From a virus (taxonomy: Duplodnaviria > Caudoviricetes): DNA of 64,000 bases. The translations under genes were made by a program, and so were the position numbers. Location: positions 25,428 to 89,427 of IMG/VR virus record IMGVR_UViG_3300020036_009452. One strand, given 5' to 3'. Numbering within the stretch: the first letter of the stretch is position 1; the number at the start of each line of letters is the position of its first letter. The notes beneath the pieces are model-generated. The model made no database searches. It worked only from the letters and a program-made list of their open reading frames with translations, and was not told the DNA's origin. Positions 9,356-19,410 of the stretch are shown piece after piece.

Positions 9356-10297
9356 ATGAAAAAAGTTGTCGATTTACCACCTAATTTTCTAACATCCGCC
9401 CCCGGAACTTCTATTATAGAGGGAATCCTGGAAGAGCAAATTCAAGAAGAGCCAGTTGAAGAGAAGGAATCCGAAGTGATTGAGGCGGCCGGCCGAGTCG
9501 AAGTGCGTTATCAAGTGGAGTATATTAGTTTAGACCCCACAGTAGCGCCCCCGCAAACTAAATACGGCAAGGAAGCTTTCGACGCAGCAGGTACATTTAA
9601 TGAACTTCCAGAAACTTACAAAGCTACAGATGAAAATGGAGCTAAGTGGTTCATAAAGAAGATTACACCCCGCTCACACACTGAGACTTTTGGCGATACG
9701 GATTTAGTAATCCATACAATCCGTATTGAGCTCGTGCCAGTGGAACCTTCAAAGCGCCCTGCTGATATAGATGCCAATTCATACAATGTCTATTTTTTCA
9801 AGGTGCTCCCCACTGACCACCCGGCGCAACGCAACGAACTACCCGATTTATACGGCAAAGCAGCTTATGATGAGTGGGCTGCAGACATCAGTGCCGGCAA
9901 GGCTGTCGGGTCCAGAATTGTTGACAGTATGGGGGTTGTTTGGGTAGTAATGCGGGCTGTGATTCGCCGAGAGGTAGGGCCTTATGAGAAGCGTATCGAT
10001 GTGGATTTGTTCCCTTTTGTCCCCGGTTTGGATGAACCCACCCAACATATAGACACCGAAGGACCAGCTGAGGAAATTGATGTGCGCGCCCATGCCCAAG
10101 CATTATTTTGCAGGGCGATGCTGGAAGCAAAGATTGAAGGGGGCCTGAAAAGGGCAATCTGGACCTTATTTGTCGATTCCTTCACACCTGAACAACTTGT
10201 GACAGCGCGCAAAGAAATTCTCACCGCTATTCAAACCGAAGAAGCGGACTTGCATAGCCGGAAAAGTAAACTCCTAAACTTAGAATTTCCAAGATGA
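9356..10297 (+). CDS. Hypothetical protein (313 aa) with two copies of an unknown domain; ends in TGA
   Basis: ATG 9356 lies downstream of the terminator. Its TGA overlaps the next ATG as ATGA (10294-10297). Confidence 0.65.
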   Translation: MKKVVDLPPNFLTSAPGTSIIEGILEEQIQEEPVEEKESEVIEAAGRVEVRYQVEYISLDPTVAPPQTKYGKEAFDAAGTFNELPETYKATDENGAKWFIKKITPRSHTETFGDTDLVIHTIRIELVPVEPSKRPADIDANSYNVYFFKVLPTDHPAQRNELPDLYGKAAYDEWAADISAGKAVGSRIVDSMGVVWVVMRAVIRREVGPYEKRIDVDLFPFVPGLDEPTQHIDTEGPAEEIDVRAHAQALFCRAMLEAKIEGGLKRAIWTLFVDSFTPEQLVTARKEILTAIQTEEADLHSRKSKLLNLEFPR

Positions 10298-10800
10298 ACC
10301 CATACGAATTTGCTTTCTTTTGCCTACACGCCTTCGCGGCTAATCCCAGACAGGGAATCAATGACCCCGGCTGGATTGATACTCTCTGGGCATTTACCTT
10401 CATTGGGGCACACTACGAATTGATTGCAGTACTTTGGCGGCTTGCCTGGCGACGCTCAAAGCGTAAGAAGACATCTCCAACGGTACTTCCTGAACCCGAC
10501 GAACCGTCCGAACCCGATGAGCGGGAAATTGTACACAAGGTTCGCCTTATCTACCGGTACCCACCAGACAAAGCCCCAAAACATTCAGTCTGGCTTGCTG
10601 AATACTGCGATAGGGACAGCTTTATAAAATTTAAAGCCGACGAACGTTTACGAGATAATATCTTTAGTTTCCGGGGAATCAACTGGTACATTGGGAGTAG
10701 TTACGAAAGTGGCTGCAAAGGCCCTGGTGGAAAGACCCGTTTACTAGTTGTAATGATGATTCCAATGCCCGATCAAGTTCATCTTTTAAATACTCTGTAA
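10294..10800 (+). CDS. Hypothetical membrane-anchored protein (168 aa)
   Basis: Hydrophobic N-terminus, basic RRSKRKK, PEPDEP linker; TAATG coupling to the next gene. Confidence 0.6.
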   Translation: MNPYEFAFFCLHAFAANPRQGINDPGWIDTLWAFTFIGAHYELIAVLWRLAWRRSKRKKTSPTVLPEPDEPSEPDEREIVHKVRLIYRYPPDKAPKHSVWLAEYCDRDSFIKFKADERLRDNIFSFRGINWYIGSSYESGCKGPGGKTRLLVVMMIPMPDQVHLLNTL

Positions 10801-11351
10801 TGCTTCAACAACAAATATTGGATTACGTTCGCACCCGTCCATGGGCTCCTGCACTCTGTATCGCACTCTGTTTGCTGCTAACCTCTATGGCTCTGGTTGT
10901 TGGTGTTGAACATGGTAAACAACTAGCCAATGCCAAGTTGGAATTAGAGCCATTGCCGGACAGCATCCCTGCCAAATGGAATCGCCTTTACATTTTAAAG
11001 GACACCACAAGAGAAGAGCCCATTTACATAGGGATCATGGACATGAATAAAGACCGTGATTATCAGCCTATCTTTGATGCGCTTAAAGCTCAACCTAACT
11101 GTAAGCTGGATTGGCTTGAGCGAAACACTGCCGATGAAATGTACGTTCAATACCTGCGGGCGCACGCTGGTTACTTCGACATGCGTTGGGAAACCGTATT
11201 TTGCGTAGATCCTGTAACAAAAGACACCTTTGGTCTTAGTTTGGATTGGTCAGAACATGTGCAGCACCAAAGCAATCAGGGCGATTTAGAGGCCTTCAAC
11301 AGGCTTCTTGATGTTATGGAAATGTTGAACTACAAAACGGTTGACCATTAA
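10800..11351 (+). CDS. Hypothetical membrane-anchored protein (183 aa)
   Basis: TM segment WAPALCIALCLLLTSMALVVGV; ends TAA before the convergent terminator. Confidence 0.6.
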   Translation: MLQQQILDYVRTRPWAPALCIALCLLLTSMALVVGVEHGKQLANAKLELEPLPDSIPAKWNRLYILKDTTREEPIYIGIMDMNKDRDYQPIFDALKAQPNCKLDWLERNTADEMYVQYLRAHAGYFDMRWETVFCVDPVTKDTFGLSLDWSEHVQHQSNQGDLEAFNRLLDVMEMLNYKTVDH

Positions 11352-11378
11352 TCCCCACCGCCTTTGTTTAAATTGAAA

Positions 11379-11409
11379 GCCCCTCCTCACCGTCATGGTG
11401 GGAAGGGGC
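11379..11409. terminator. Bidirectional terminator between the converging arms
   Basis: GCCCCTCCTCACCG-tca-TGGTGGGAAGGGGC: about 13 bp with one mismatch, in the 74-nt gap between convergent genes. Confidence 0.7.
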
Positions 11410-11425
11410 CTAAATTTTTCTGCGA

Positions 11426-14400
11426 TTACGGTCTTACTGGAAATATTCCGAATAAATGTTCACTGCTTTCTGAATCATTAGAAAGTAAATCTCCTATCTG
11501 CATGGAGCCGGCTAAACCAGGAATAGCACGGCCAACAGTTTTCAATCCTTTTGGCCAACCTTGTTGATCGGTTTCACCTGTTACACCCTCTGTTAGTAAA
11601 TCAAAGAATGCAAGGGCTGTTTTACCCATTTTATCAAGAGCTACAATTGGTTTCATAGCAGTATCCCATAAGTCAGCAGGGTTAGCACCACGAGTTAAGT
11701 CCATGATGGTTCTTTCTATGGAGCGCCCGACGTATGACTTCTCTTCGTCGTCATCTAGGCTAAGATGGAATATAGCTGATAACAGTAAGAACCAAAGGAA
11801 GGTATTAGTAAGTCCAGCTAGAGCTCTTGCACGGTGACCCTTTAGAGTATTCTCGCCCAGATTTTCCTCTGTTAGATATTGTTTACCCTTACCAGACATC
11901 GCTGCAAATATGGAGCTAGTGAGGACTCTTAATTGGCCTTCCATAACTTCTGAGTGCCACTGATATACGGGCATCCCATCAGGACGTTCACCCTTTAGTA
12001 CGTATTTACCTACTGTAATATCTTTATAGGGAGAAGCAAATAGAACCTTTAAATACTGGTAAAAGTATTTATGGAACTGCATGATGAAATCACCAAGCAC
12101 ACTAACTTCCATTGCAGTCTTCTCTTCTGTCCTATAAGAACCATTCAGCTTCTCATAAGCGCGCTTTAGGGATTTTATCTCAAGAGCAGTTAACTCCTTT
12201 AGTGGAACAAAAGAGCCATCAGCTAATTGTGTTACACCGCGTTCCCCTACAGTCCAGTTTCCTTTATTATCATAGGCATCCCATAGGGTAGTTTCTTTAC
12301 CAGTCGCGTCTTTTATCTTTATAGATTTCATAAGACCGGCCAACTGCCAGAGGGCACCTAGGTTCTCACCTATTTGATAGAACAAGAAGGCATTGGATGT
12401 AGCGGATAACTTTATACTCTGCGATAACAAGCGATCGTTATTCACCGCATATGGGTAGTTATCTGGTAGCCAGTCTAGATTCTTAGCTATGTTCCATAGT
12501 TTAGACTCGTCTTCTTTACCAAACATCTTAGCTTTCATGTAATCCCTAACAGCTACACGCCCGCCATCCAAATTGATAGTTTCAAAAGATTCAGGAGGAA
12601 CGCCTATAATATAGGAGAGGGCTGAATTTACCCAACCTCTAGTAGCCTGTGTGGAATTGGCTGCAGCGATCATAAGAGCATTTCTTACAGGCGACCACAC
12701 TTTAAAAGACATTACAGAATAAGTTACACTACTCTTTATAAATCTAAGTAGTCGGTCTTGTGAGACCACAATGGGCGTCCCTTCGGGGATGTCCGTAAGT
12801 TTTTCTGTGAGTTTATTGGCTTTCAGAGTTATCTTCTTAGCTGTGAGACTATCACTATCTTGTTTACCGGTAACCTGCAGAGTGATTTGATTATCTAACC
12901 ACTGCACAAGTTTGCCGTAGCGCTGTTCTCCAACCTCATTCTTTTCTTCTTGTAGACCATTGTAAACGCCTAAAGCCACATCGTAAACGGGGTCTAGTTG
13001 TTCCTTGGTCTTTAAGGAAGTCATAAAGAACTTAAAGGCGGTTTCTACATTCCAGCTATGGTTAGCTTCTGTCACTACATCTGAACCGCTGTGTTTGAAA
13101 TATCTAAGGGGGATACCAGAGTCTTCTGTTACATAATTATCCTCTAAGAAATTAGTAAGGCTTCTCTTTAGATTAGCGCCAACTACAGTCTTTAATCCGA
13201 AAACATTACTAGCAAAGTTTTCTTCTTCTCTTATTTCCGCTACGGGTTTAGGAACCCTAGGAAGAAAGTCTTCTGGAAGAGTTGGAGGAATGCCTAGCTT
13301 CTCATACCTAAGAAGAGGAACAGAAGGATCGTTAAACTTGTAGCCTACGACAGCACTTGCAAACTTATTATACTCTTTCTGCATGGTGGAGTAAACAAAG
13401 CTACGATATTCTTTCTGAGCGTTCGTAAGTGGTATTTCAACACCGTTCTCTAAATATGTATCCCTTAAGTTTAAATAGTGCCCAGGTCTTCCAATATCAG
13501 AAGACTCGCGCCACATAAACTTGAAGTGTTTCTGTGTAGTTTCATGTACATTTCTAGAAAGTATTCTGTGTGCAACTATACTACCAACGAACCATAAAGG
13601 TGAGAAAGTAGCAATCCCATAAACGTTGGCAATAGTAGCCCCTGCATTTACAACAGTCTTCCAAATACTCTTATTCTCTGGGGAGAGGGCTGCTTTATAC
13701 AGAGCGTCGTGTTCTTTCTCTGTTGTATTTAGAAAAGATTGAACGTTTCTCTTTGCATCCATTATGATTTTATGGAGTGTCTGAACTTTAGGATTAGCAA
13801 TATCGGAAAAGTTCTTAAATTTCCACAGTGATGACAGATCCTCAGTGTTGCTAGCAAGATCTGTTGCTGGGTCTTTTTCAAGTTCTAGTAATGCGTCACT
13901 ATATTGTTTAGCTAGTGGGCGAATGTGCGGATCGTTCTGGATCTCACTCTTCGTTTTACCAGCATACAACATAGCTAGTTGATTCTGTAGATAAAGATGT
14001 TTCTCTTTTAGGGTTAGGTGACCCATCTTATCTTCAAAGCTTACTAGCGATTCAGCTGTTCCTTTATAATTAGAGGCAGCAAATAAACCCTTGGCTTGGA
14101 GTTGTTCGTAGACTTGTGGATGCTTTGCTTTATAGTAATCTGCTATAGTATATAGGTATGGCTGTAAGTCCAGTTCCATTGGAGTAGCCTTTCCCTGATG
14201 ATCGATCTTTACTAATTTAATAGAGCGAAACTTCATCTCAGGAAATTTCTCCTTTAACATTATAGCACGGTAAGCCAGCTCTAGATAACCCTTTGAAAGT
14301 TTTGAGTCATTGATACCATACTTATCTCCAAAGTCCATTAAATATGGGCTACTCTTATCGCTAGTCAGATTACCAGTTTTCCAGTCTAGTAGTGTCACTT

Positions 14401-15955
14401 CACCATTATAGTGCTGAAACAAACCGTCTGCTGTAGTCCCTAGCTTATTGCCTTCTCCATCTACTAGGAGATCAGATACTAAACTAATCTCAGGAGCAGC
14501 CTTGTCTTGCTTACTCTTTGGAATCCCTTGGGTGCCAGTTGTGTCTATAATTACACCAGCTTTATCAAGGAGCGATTGAAAATTATTAGAAAGACCAGCT
14601 AGTCTTGGGTGATTATCAAAAGAAATAAAAGGCTCTCCTAATTCCTTAGCGTAAACTAATCCTTGTTGTTTTATTTTCTCCTTTTCTGTTGGAGAAGTTT
14701 CTAACCTATAGTAAATATAGGAGTGGATGAATTTACCTAAGACCCTACCAGCATTCATACGTTCTTCAAATGCCTTTGTAACTTCTGCAAAGGTAAGAGT
14801 TTGATCTCCGTATGTTATAGTCTCTGTAATGTCTTTAACATCGAGCTTATCAACATTCTTTCCACGCTGCTTAAAGAAACGCTTAGCTGCGCCTTCTGCT
14901 GGTGTGTCACTAAAGCGCTGGGCTTTGCGTGAAAACTCACCATAGACCTTATCGCCAATGAAGGCAGTCAGACGTTTTGCTATATCATTTCCAGCCGTGT
15001 CTTGATAAAATGAAGAGGTATCAGAGGTTGTATATTTTGTATTAGCCCCCATTAACTCCCCCACGTAATCGCGAAACTCTTTCTTCTGTTTTGCAAACTT
15101 ATTAGCAAGCATGTCATAAACATCATCTACCTTCTGAAAGGCTTCTGAAAGCTTTCGCCCCTCTTTACTAACACTTACATTAGATCTAGAGAGTTCCAAT
15201 ATTGTAGAGTAGGCTGTTAGATTATTACTTAATCCTAAGAGATCTCGAACATATTGAAGGAAGTACCCAAGATAGAGGGAAGCTGGATTCTTAGTCGCTA
15301 ACTTTCCTAAATAAGAAGTAACTGCTTCCTCAGCATTGTTAGGAGTCTCACCTCGCTTTACAGCGCTCTTTAATAGAAGTTGAAAAGTTTGTGGCTTTTC
15401 TATCCTGAGGGCGTGAACAAACGGGTGATAGTATTCATGGAATGGTGTGTCTTTTGTAGCGTACGCTAGATTTACAGTAACAGGTGTTTGGGAATCTCCT
15501 GTGTACTTCCCTTTAAATTTAAGCTTTGGATCATTGACTATAGTGAAGCCAAAACCAAATCTAGATTCCAATCGCTTTAATACAGTTTCAAATTCATCGC
15601 GGATAGATGGAAACTCTACTCGTTGCGAAAGAGTCTCTATGTTTGAAGCTGGGAACAGAGTCATCGTCCCCTGACTTGTTTCCACTATATCTCCAGAGAG
15701 TTTAGGATCTAAACCATTGAAACGAGTTCTAAACTTATCTATCATACTAGAATAGTCTAGCGACGTTCCTAGAAAATCTGCATACTTAGTTTTATAATAA
15801 TTGGGATCTTCACCTACTAAAGCAGCTATCTTTTCCAGTACAGGATCAGAATTAGCTGCTATAGCTTGCTCATTAAACTTTACAAGGGCCAAATCCTCAC
15901 CAAAGTCTTGGACTAGCTTTTGCCACTCTGGGCTTTTTTTATTAGGACAAATCAT
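11426..15955 (-). CDS. Giant virion ejection (RNAP-associated) protein, 1509 aa: zincin HExxH, PD-(D/E)xK nuclease-like domain, TM segments
   Basis: MICPNKKSPEWQKLV start; TPFHEYYHPF...AEEAVT; GKFIHS...TADGLF...LLDWKTG; hydrophobic segments near residue 790 and at the C-terminus. Confidence 0.7.
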   Translation of the reverse strand: MICPNKKSPEWQKLVQDFGEDLALVKFNEQAIAANSDPVLEKIAALVGEDPNYYKTKYADFLGTSLDYSSMIDKFRTRFNGLDPKLSGDIVETSQGTMTLFPASNIETLSQRVEFPSIRDEFETVLKRLESRFGFGFTIVNDPKLKFKGKYTGDSQTPVTVNLAYATKDTPFHEYYHPFVHALRIEKPQTFQLLLKSAVKRGETPNNAEEAVTSYLGKLATKNPASLYLGYFLQYVRDLLGLSNNLTAYSTILELSRSNVSVSKEGRKLSEAFQKVDDVYDMLANKFAKQKKEFRDYVGELMGANTKYTTSDTSSFYQDTAGNDIAKRLTAFIGDKVYGEFSRKAQRFSDTPAEGAAKRFFKQRGKNVDKLDVKDITETITYGDQTLTFAEVTKAFEERMNAGRVLGKFIHSYIYYRLETSPTEKEKIKQQGLVYAKELGEPFISFDNHPRLAGLSNNFQSLLDKAGVIIDTTGTQGIPKSKQDKAAPEISLVSDLLVDGEGNKLGTTADGLFQHYNGEVTLLDWKTGNLTSDKSSPYLMDFGDKYGINDSKLSKGYLELAYRAIMLKEKFPEMKFRSIKLVKIDHQGKATPMELDLQPYLYTIADYYKAKHPQVYEQLQAKGLFAASNYKGTAESLVSFEDKMGHLTLKEKHLYLQNQLAMLYAGKTKSEIQNDPHIRPLAKQYSDALLELEKDPATDLASNTEDLSSLWKFKNFSDIANPKVQTLHKIIMDAKRNVQSFLNTTEKEHDALYKAALSPENKSIWKTVVNAGATIANVYGIATFSPLWFVGSIVAHRILSRNVHETTQKHFKFMWRESSDIGRPGHYLNLRDTYLENGVEIPLTNAQKEYRSFVYSTMQKEYNKFASAVVGYKFNDPSVPLLRYEKLGIPPTLPEDFLPRVPKPVAEIREEENFASNVFGLKTVVGANLKRSLTNFLEDNYVTEDSGIPLRYFKHSGSDVVTEANHSWNVETAFKFFMTSLKTKEQLDPVYDVALGVYNGLQEEKNEVGEQRYGKLVQWLDNQITLQVTGKQDSDSLTAKKITLKANKLTEKLTDIPEGTPIVVSQDRLLRFIKSSVTYSVMSFKVWSPVRNALMIAAANSTQATRGWVNSALSYIIGVPPESFETINLDGGRVAVRDYMKAKMFGKEDESKLWNIAKNLDWLPDNYPYAVNNDRLLSQSIKLSATSNAFLFYQIGENLGALWQLAGLMKSIKIKDATGKETTLWDAYDNKGNWTVGERGVTQLADGSFVPLKELTALEIKSLKRAYEKLNGSYRTEEKTAMEVSVLGDFIMQFHKYFYQYLKVLFASPYKDITVGKYVLKGERPDGMPVYQWHSEVMEGQLRVLTSSIFAAMSGKGKQYLTEENLGENTLKGHRARALAGLTNTFLWFLLLSAIFHLSLDDDEEKSYVGRSIERTIMDLTRGANPADLWDTAMKPIVALDKMGKTALAFFDLLTEGVTGETDQQGWPKGLKTVGRAIPGLAGSMQIGDLLSNDSESSEHLFGIFPVRP

Positions 15956-18900
15956 TAGCAGTTCATTATTTTAGTGAAGATTGTGGTGAATTCTGGAATA
16001 GTGAGTGAGCGTGTTTCAATAGCATTGAAGACTTTAGAAGGAAAGGATTGGCAATACAGTGTATCTCCAATAGCACGTAGCACGTACATATAAGTATCTT
16101 CTTTTACGTATATAATGTCCCCAGCTTTCACATCGCTAAACTCGCGCCTAGCTGGCACTTGATGTTCTGCAAAAAGCTCATCATAAACAATATCGATATT
16201 TCCAATGGCTCTTGGAATATCTAGCTCTACACGCTTTTGTGCTTCTTCAAAGCGGCCATCTTCTTGAATAGTCTTTGGTAAGAACCTATCTGAGAATCCA
16301 GTCTTTGCATGTAATACCTTTGCCAAAGCTCGTCTGGCTGCTGGGAATGGAGTAAGGGATTCTAATATACTTGAGTCCACATATACATTTTTACTCAGGT
16401 CTAAAGAGTTTAGTAGTTTTACAGATAGATCGATACGTTTTGTTACTTCGGCAGAATCCATATCTGGAGTTATGTCTGCTAGAGGCAGAACAACTGCTTC
16501 CGGTAGATCCTCCTTGGTAAGTAAGACAGCTCCTGTTTTCAAAGCTTGCTCACGAACATTCTTTATCACATCTACAACAATAGTCGCACCTGTTCGTGCA
16601 CTTGTGAATGAGCCTACAAATTTCTTTATGGCTGGTGCCTGTGTTAGATTCGATAGAGGGATGCTATGTGAATACTTTAGGTTGTATTTTCTTTCAGTAG
16701 CTCCTTTATTGACTGGGGCTACAGTTTGCACTGTATATACACGCAACTCTTCTCCAGAAGCATCCTGCCGATTAAAGGTTGCGATCTTATCTCCTTCCTC
16801 TAATATATAACCATCTAGCTTCTCAACTAGAGTATTATTGCGTAGATTAGAAACATTCACAATTCTTCCATCAAAGTTTTCTAAGACATCTAGACTTAGT
16901 GTGTTATCTAATTCTTCTAGAGCAAACTTGTAGTGGGGTGTCCCGCCTTTATCAGTCAGTTTTACATAGTAGGTGTGCGTGCTACCTGGAGTTTTCTTTA
17001 GCATGTAAACCTCCTCATTGTAAAGTCTAATGAACCTTGGGGCTGTTTCAGTGTAACTTTCAGCGAACTTTAAATCGAAGTAGAATTTCTTATCATTAAG
17101 TACATCTACTCCATGATATATTTTCTGTGTGCCCCATGACACCTTCATCGTGCTTTGTACCAGGGGAGCGGTTTGTTTACGACGAACGAAGTCAGGCCTA
17201 GAGCGTAATAGTTGAAAAGTAAACGCGTCCTTCAATAAGAATAGATGCACACCACTCTTTGGATCGTCTTTTGGTATAACCGCCTCTAGTCTGGCGTCCT
17301 GTGCTGTAGAGTATGCTATTGCCCATTCGGGTGGGAATACTAGCGCCATGCCAGTACGTTCATAGTACATACCATCATTAATCAGTGAGTACTTAAACAG
17401 GTCCTGCATGAGGCTTGCCCAAGAACGTCCAACTTCTGGAATAATAGTAGAGGAAACAGAAAGCTTCAAAAAGTCTTCCCTGATTTGTTCAAGTAATTCT
17501 TCGTCGCTTACCTTATCTCCAACCATCTTTAAAGATGTAAGACCATTAGCATCTAGAGAGGGCTCTATGGCATTTAGGAATTCGTTCTCTGTGTCTGTTG
17601 CCATAGCTTTCATAAATACATTTAGGAACTCTTGTTTCCAAGCGTCCTTCCCGTAATATATTTTGTCGGCAGTTACATAGCGCGCGTCCTTTGGTACGGA
17701 TGTGGTAAACTCAGCACCATTGAGCTCGAATGTTAAATCGGCGCTCAAGAACTTTATTAATTCTTTAGACACCTCATCTACTTTCTCTAACTGGTCAAAT
17801 GCTGAGAAGATATTAGCATCTGTAATCAAACGTTTTACAAAGTTCTGTACGCTAGGATTATAAATGAAAAAGCTATTCTCCAAGATCCGTTTAAATAGTA
17901 GGAGAGCTCTATAAGCCGATAGTACGTGTGGAAGACGAAGAGGTGTTGCATTCTCAAACACAGAACTATTCGTAGGCTTTATCTTTCTGGAGATTGATCT
18001 ACGGAGAACCTTATTTACAAAAGCGGACCTTATCTGATTATAGTAGTAATTAGAAAGTTCTGGTTTCTTCTCATACTCCTTGATCTGTTGCTTCATCAGT
18101 TCTTCTGCTTCATCTACAGACTTCTCGGCTAATGCTTTATAGTCCTCAGATTCTCTAAAGGCTTCTTCTAGGACAGTTCTTAAAACCTGCTTTAGTTCTG
18201 AACTCTTGTTAGGCGTGTCAGCAAACTGAGAGTAGCGTTCTATCTTTTCGATAACAGAATCTACTTTCCAGCGTTTGTTTGGCAGCCCCATGAGTACACT
18301 ATAGATTTGAGATTGAGAGAATAACTCTTCTCCTAGAGGAATTAACTTCTCCATATTAGCAAGCACAATCAGATTAGACACTAGAGTCTGTTCTTTTGTT
18401 GCTGTGCCTGTGTATATAGCGTCAAGAACTTTAGTATTTATACCCGCAGTAGCAAAGGCTTCTAGACCTTTATTCTTGCGTAGACGCTTTATGATTTGGT
18501 CAGTTTCTTGAGGAACCAACTTTCTAATAGCGCTCTCGTAATCTTCTAAAGCGTACAGCTCATCTAGTTGAAGTTGGGCTATAGCTTTAATTTTCTCGGG
18601 AGTCCATCTACCACCTTCGTTTAAGCTCTCCATTATAGGAGTCTTAAATACTCTAGACACATTGTTTAATGAGAATCCCATACCTAGTAGCGCTAAGAAG
18701 GCATTAGCATTAGCGTTTGTTATTCCAAGTAAGTGCAGCTTCTGCATCTTAACGTTGTCAATAGCTAAGTTAATGATGGTGTCGACGGTCTCAAAAACAT
18801 TCTTAAGGTTAGAATCGAACCTTGAGAAGCCTGTTGCTTTTACGTTGTTAATCTTTATGTGTTGCTCCTCTTTTAATCTTACAGGCTCACGCTCATTAAT

Positions 18901-19410
18901 ACGAAAGCCTCCTTTTTGCACAAGACCTTCTGGAGAATTAACTTGATAGGCACGGAGAGCTTCTTCATACTCTGCACTACCCACAGTCATTACCTCTCCA
19001 GCAGGATTGATTAAACTACTTATTGGAGTTAGTTCAAAGAGGTAGGCGAGCATCTTACCAAAGTTAGCTGAAATACCTGTTAGTGCAATCCCTGAGTAAG
19101 TGTTGTAGCGTATAGTTTCCTGTGTACTGTAGTCAGTTAATTGCCCAGCTGGATTAAGCACCACATCAATCTCTTTCTTTGTCAAAGGAGCAGCTAGTTC
19201 TTTGCCTTGTTTTTTAAGTTCAAGTTGAGCCCACAGTTCTGACAGTGATTCTTCCTTAGCACGTGCATCAAAGCGTTCAATAAGTTTTGTAGCTAATTCG
19301 GTAGGTGCCTCACCCTCAAGCAAGGCACCCAATCCGTTTTCGCTTACAAAAGTATTAAACTCCTCGAAACTCATTTCTTTATCTAGAAAAGTTATTTTAC
19401 AATTTAGCAT
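15955..19410 (-). CDS. Virion RNA polymerase C-terminal (beta'-like) subunit, 1151 aa
   Basis: NTYSGIALTGISANFGK and NLAIDNVKMQKLHLLGITNAN resemble segments that follow the catalytic loop in crAss-like virion RNAPs (recalled homology). Confidence 0.65.
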   Translation of the reverse strand: MLNCKITFLDKEMSFEEFNTFVSENGLGALLEGEAPTELATKLIERFDARAKEESLSELWAQLELKKQGKELAAPLTKKEIDVVLNPAGQLTDYSTQETIRYNTYSGIALTGISANFGKMLAYLFELTPISSLINPAGEVMTVGSAEYEEALRAYQVNSPEGLVQKGGFRINEREPVRLKEEQHIKINNVKATGFSRFDSNLKNVFETVDTIINLAIDNVKMQKLHLLGITNANANAFLALLGMGFSLNNVSRVFKTPIMESLNEGGRWTPEKIKAIAQLQLDELYALEDYESAIRKLVPQETDQIIKRLRKNKGLEAFATAGINTKVLDAIYTGTATKEQTLVSNLIVLANMEKLIPLGEELFSQSQIYSVLMGLPNKRWKVDSVIEKIERYSQFADTPNKSSELKQVLRTVLEEAFRESEDYKALAEKSVDEAEELMKQQIKEYEKKPELSNYYYNQIRSAFVNKVLRRSISRKIKPTNSSVFENATPLRLPHVLSAYRALLLFKRILENSFFIYNPSVQNFVKRLITDANIFSAFDQLEKVDEVSKELIKFLSADLTFELNGAEFTTSVPKDARYVTADKIYYGKDAWKQEFLNVFMKAMATDTENEFLNAIEPSLDANGLTSLKMVGDKVSDEELLEQIREDFLKLSVSSTIIPEVGRSWASLMQDLFKYSLINDGMYYERTGMALVFPPEWAIAYSTAQDARLEAVIPKDDPKSGVHLFLLKDAFTFQLLRSRPDFVRRKQTAPLVQSTMKVSWGTQKIYHGVDVLNDKKFYFDLKFAESYTETAPRFIRLYNEEVYMLKKTPGSTHTYYVKLTDKGGTPHYKFALEELDNTLSLDVLENFDGRIVNVSNLRNNTLVEKLDGYILEEGDKIATFNRQDASGEELRVYTVQTVAPVNKGATERKYNLKYSHSIPLSNLTQAPAIKKFVGSFTSARTGATIVVDVIKNVREQALKTGAVLLTKEDLPEAVVLPLADITPDMDSAEVTKRIDLSVKLLNSLDLSKNVYVDSSILESLTPFPAARRALAKVLHAKTGFSDRFLPKTIQEDGRFEEAQKRVELDIPRAIGNIDIVYDELFAEHQVPARREFSDVKAGDIIYVKEDTYMYVLRAIGDTLYCQSFPSKVFNAIETRSLTIPEFTTIFTKIMNC

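Noticed and set aside
11364-11567. 67-aa + strand ORF
   Set aside because: It runs through the bidirectional terminator and is antisense to the 1509-aa gene.
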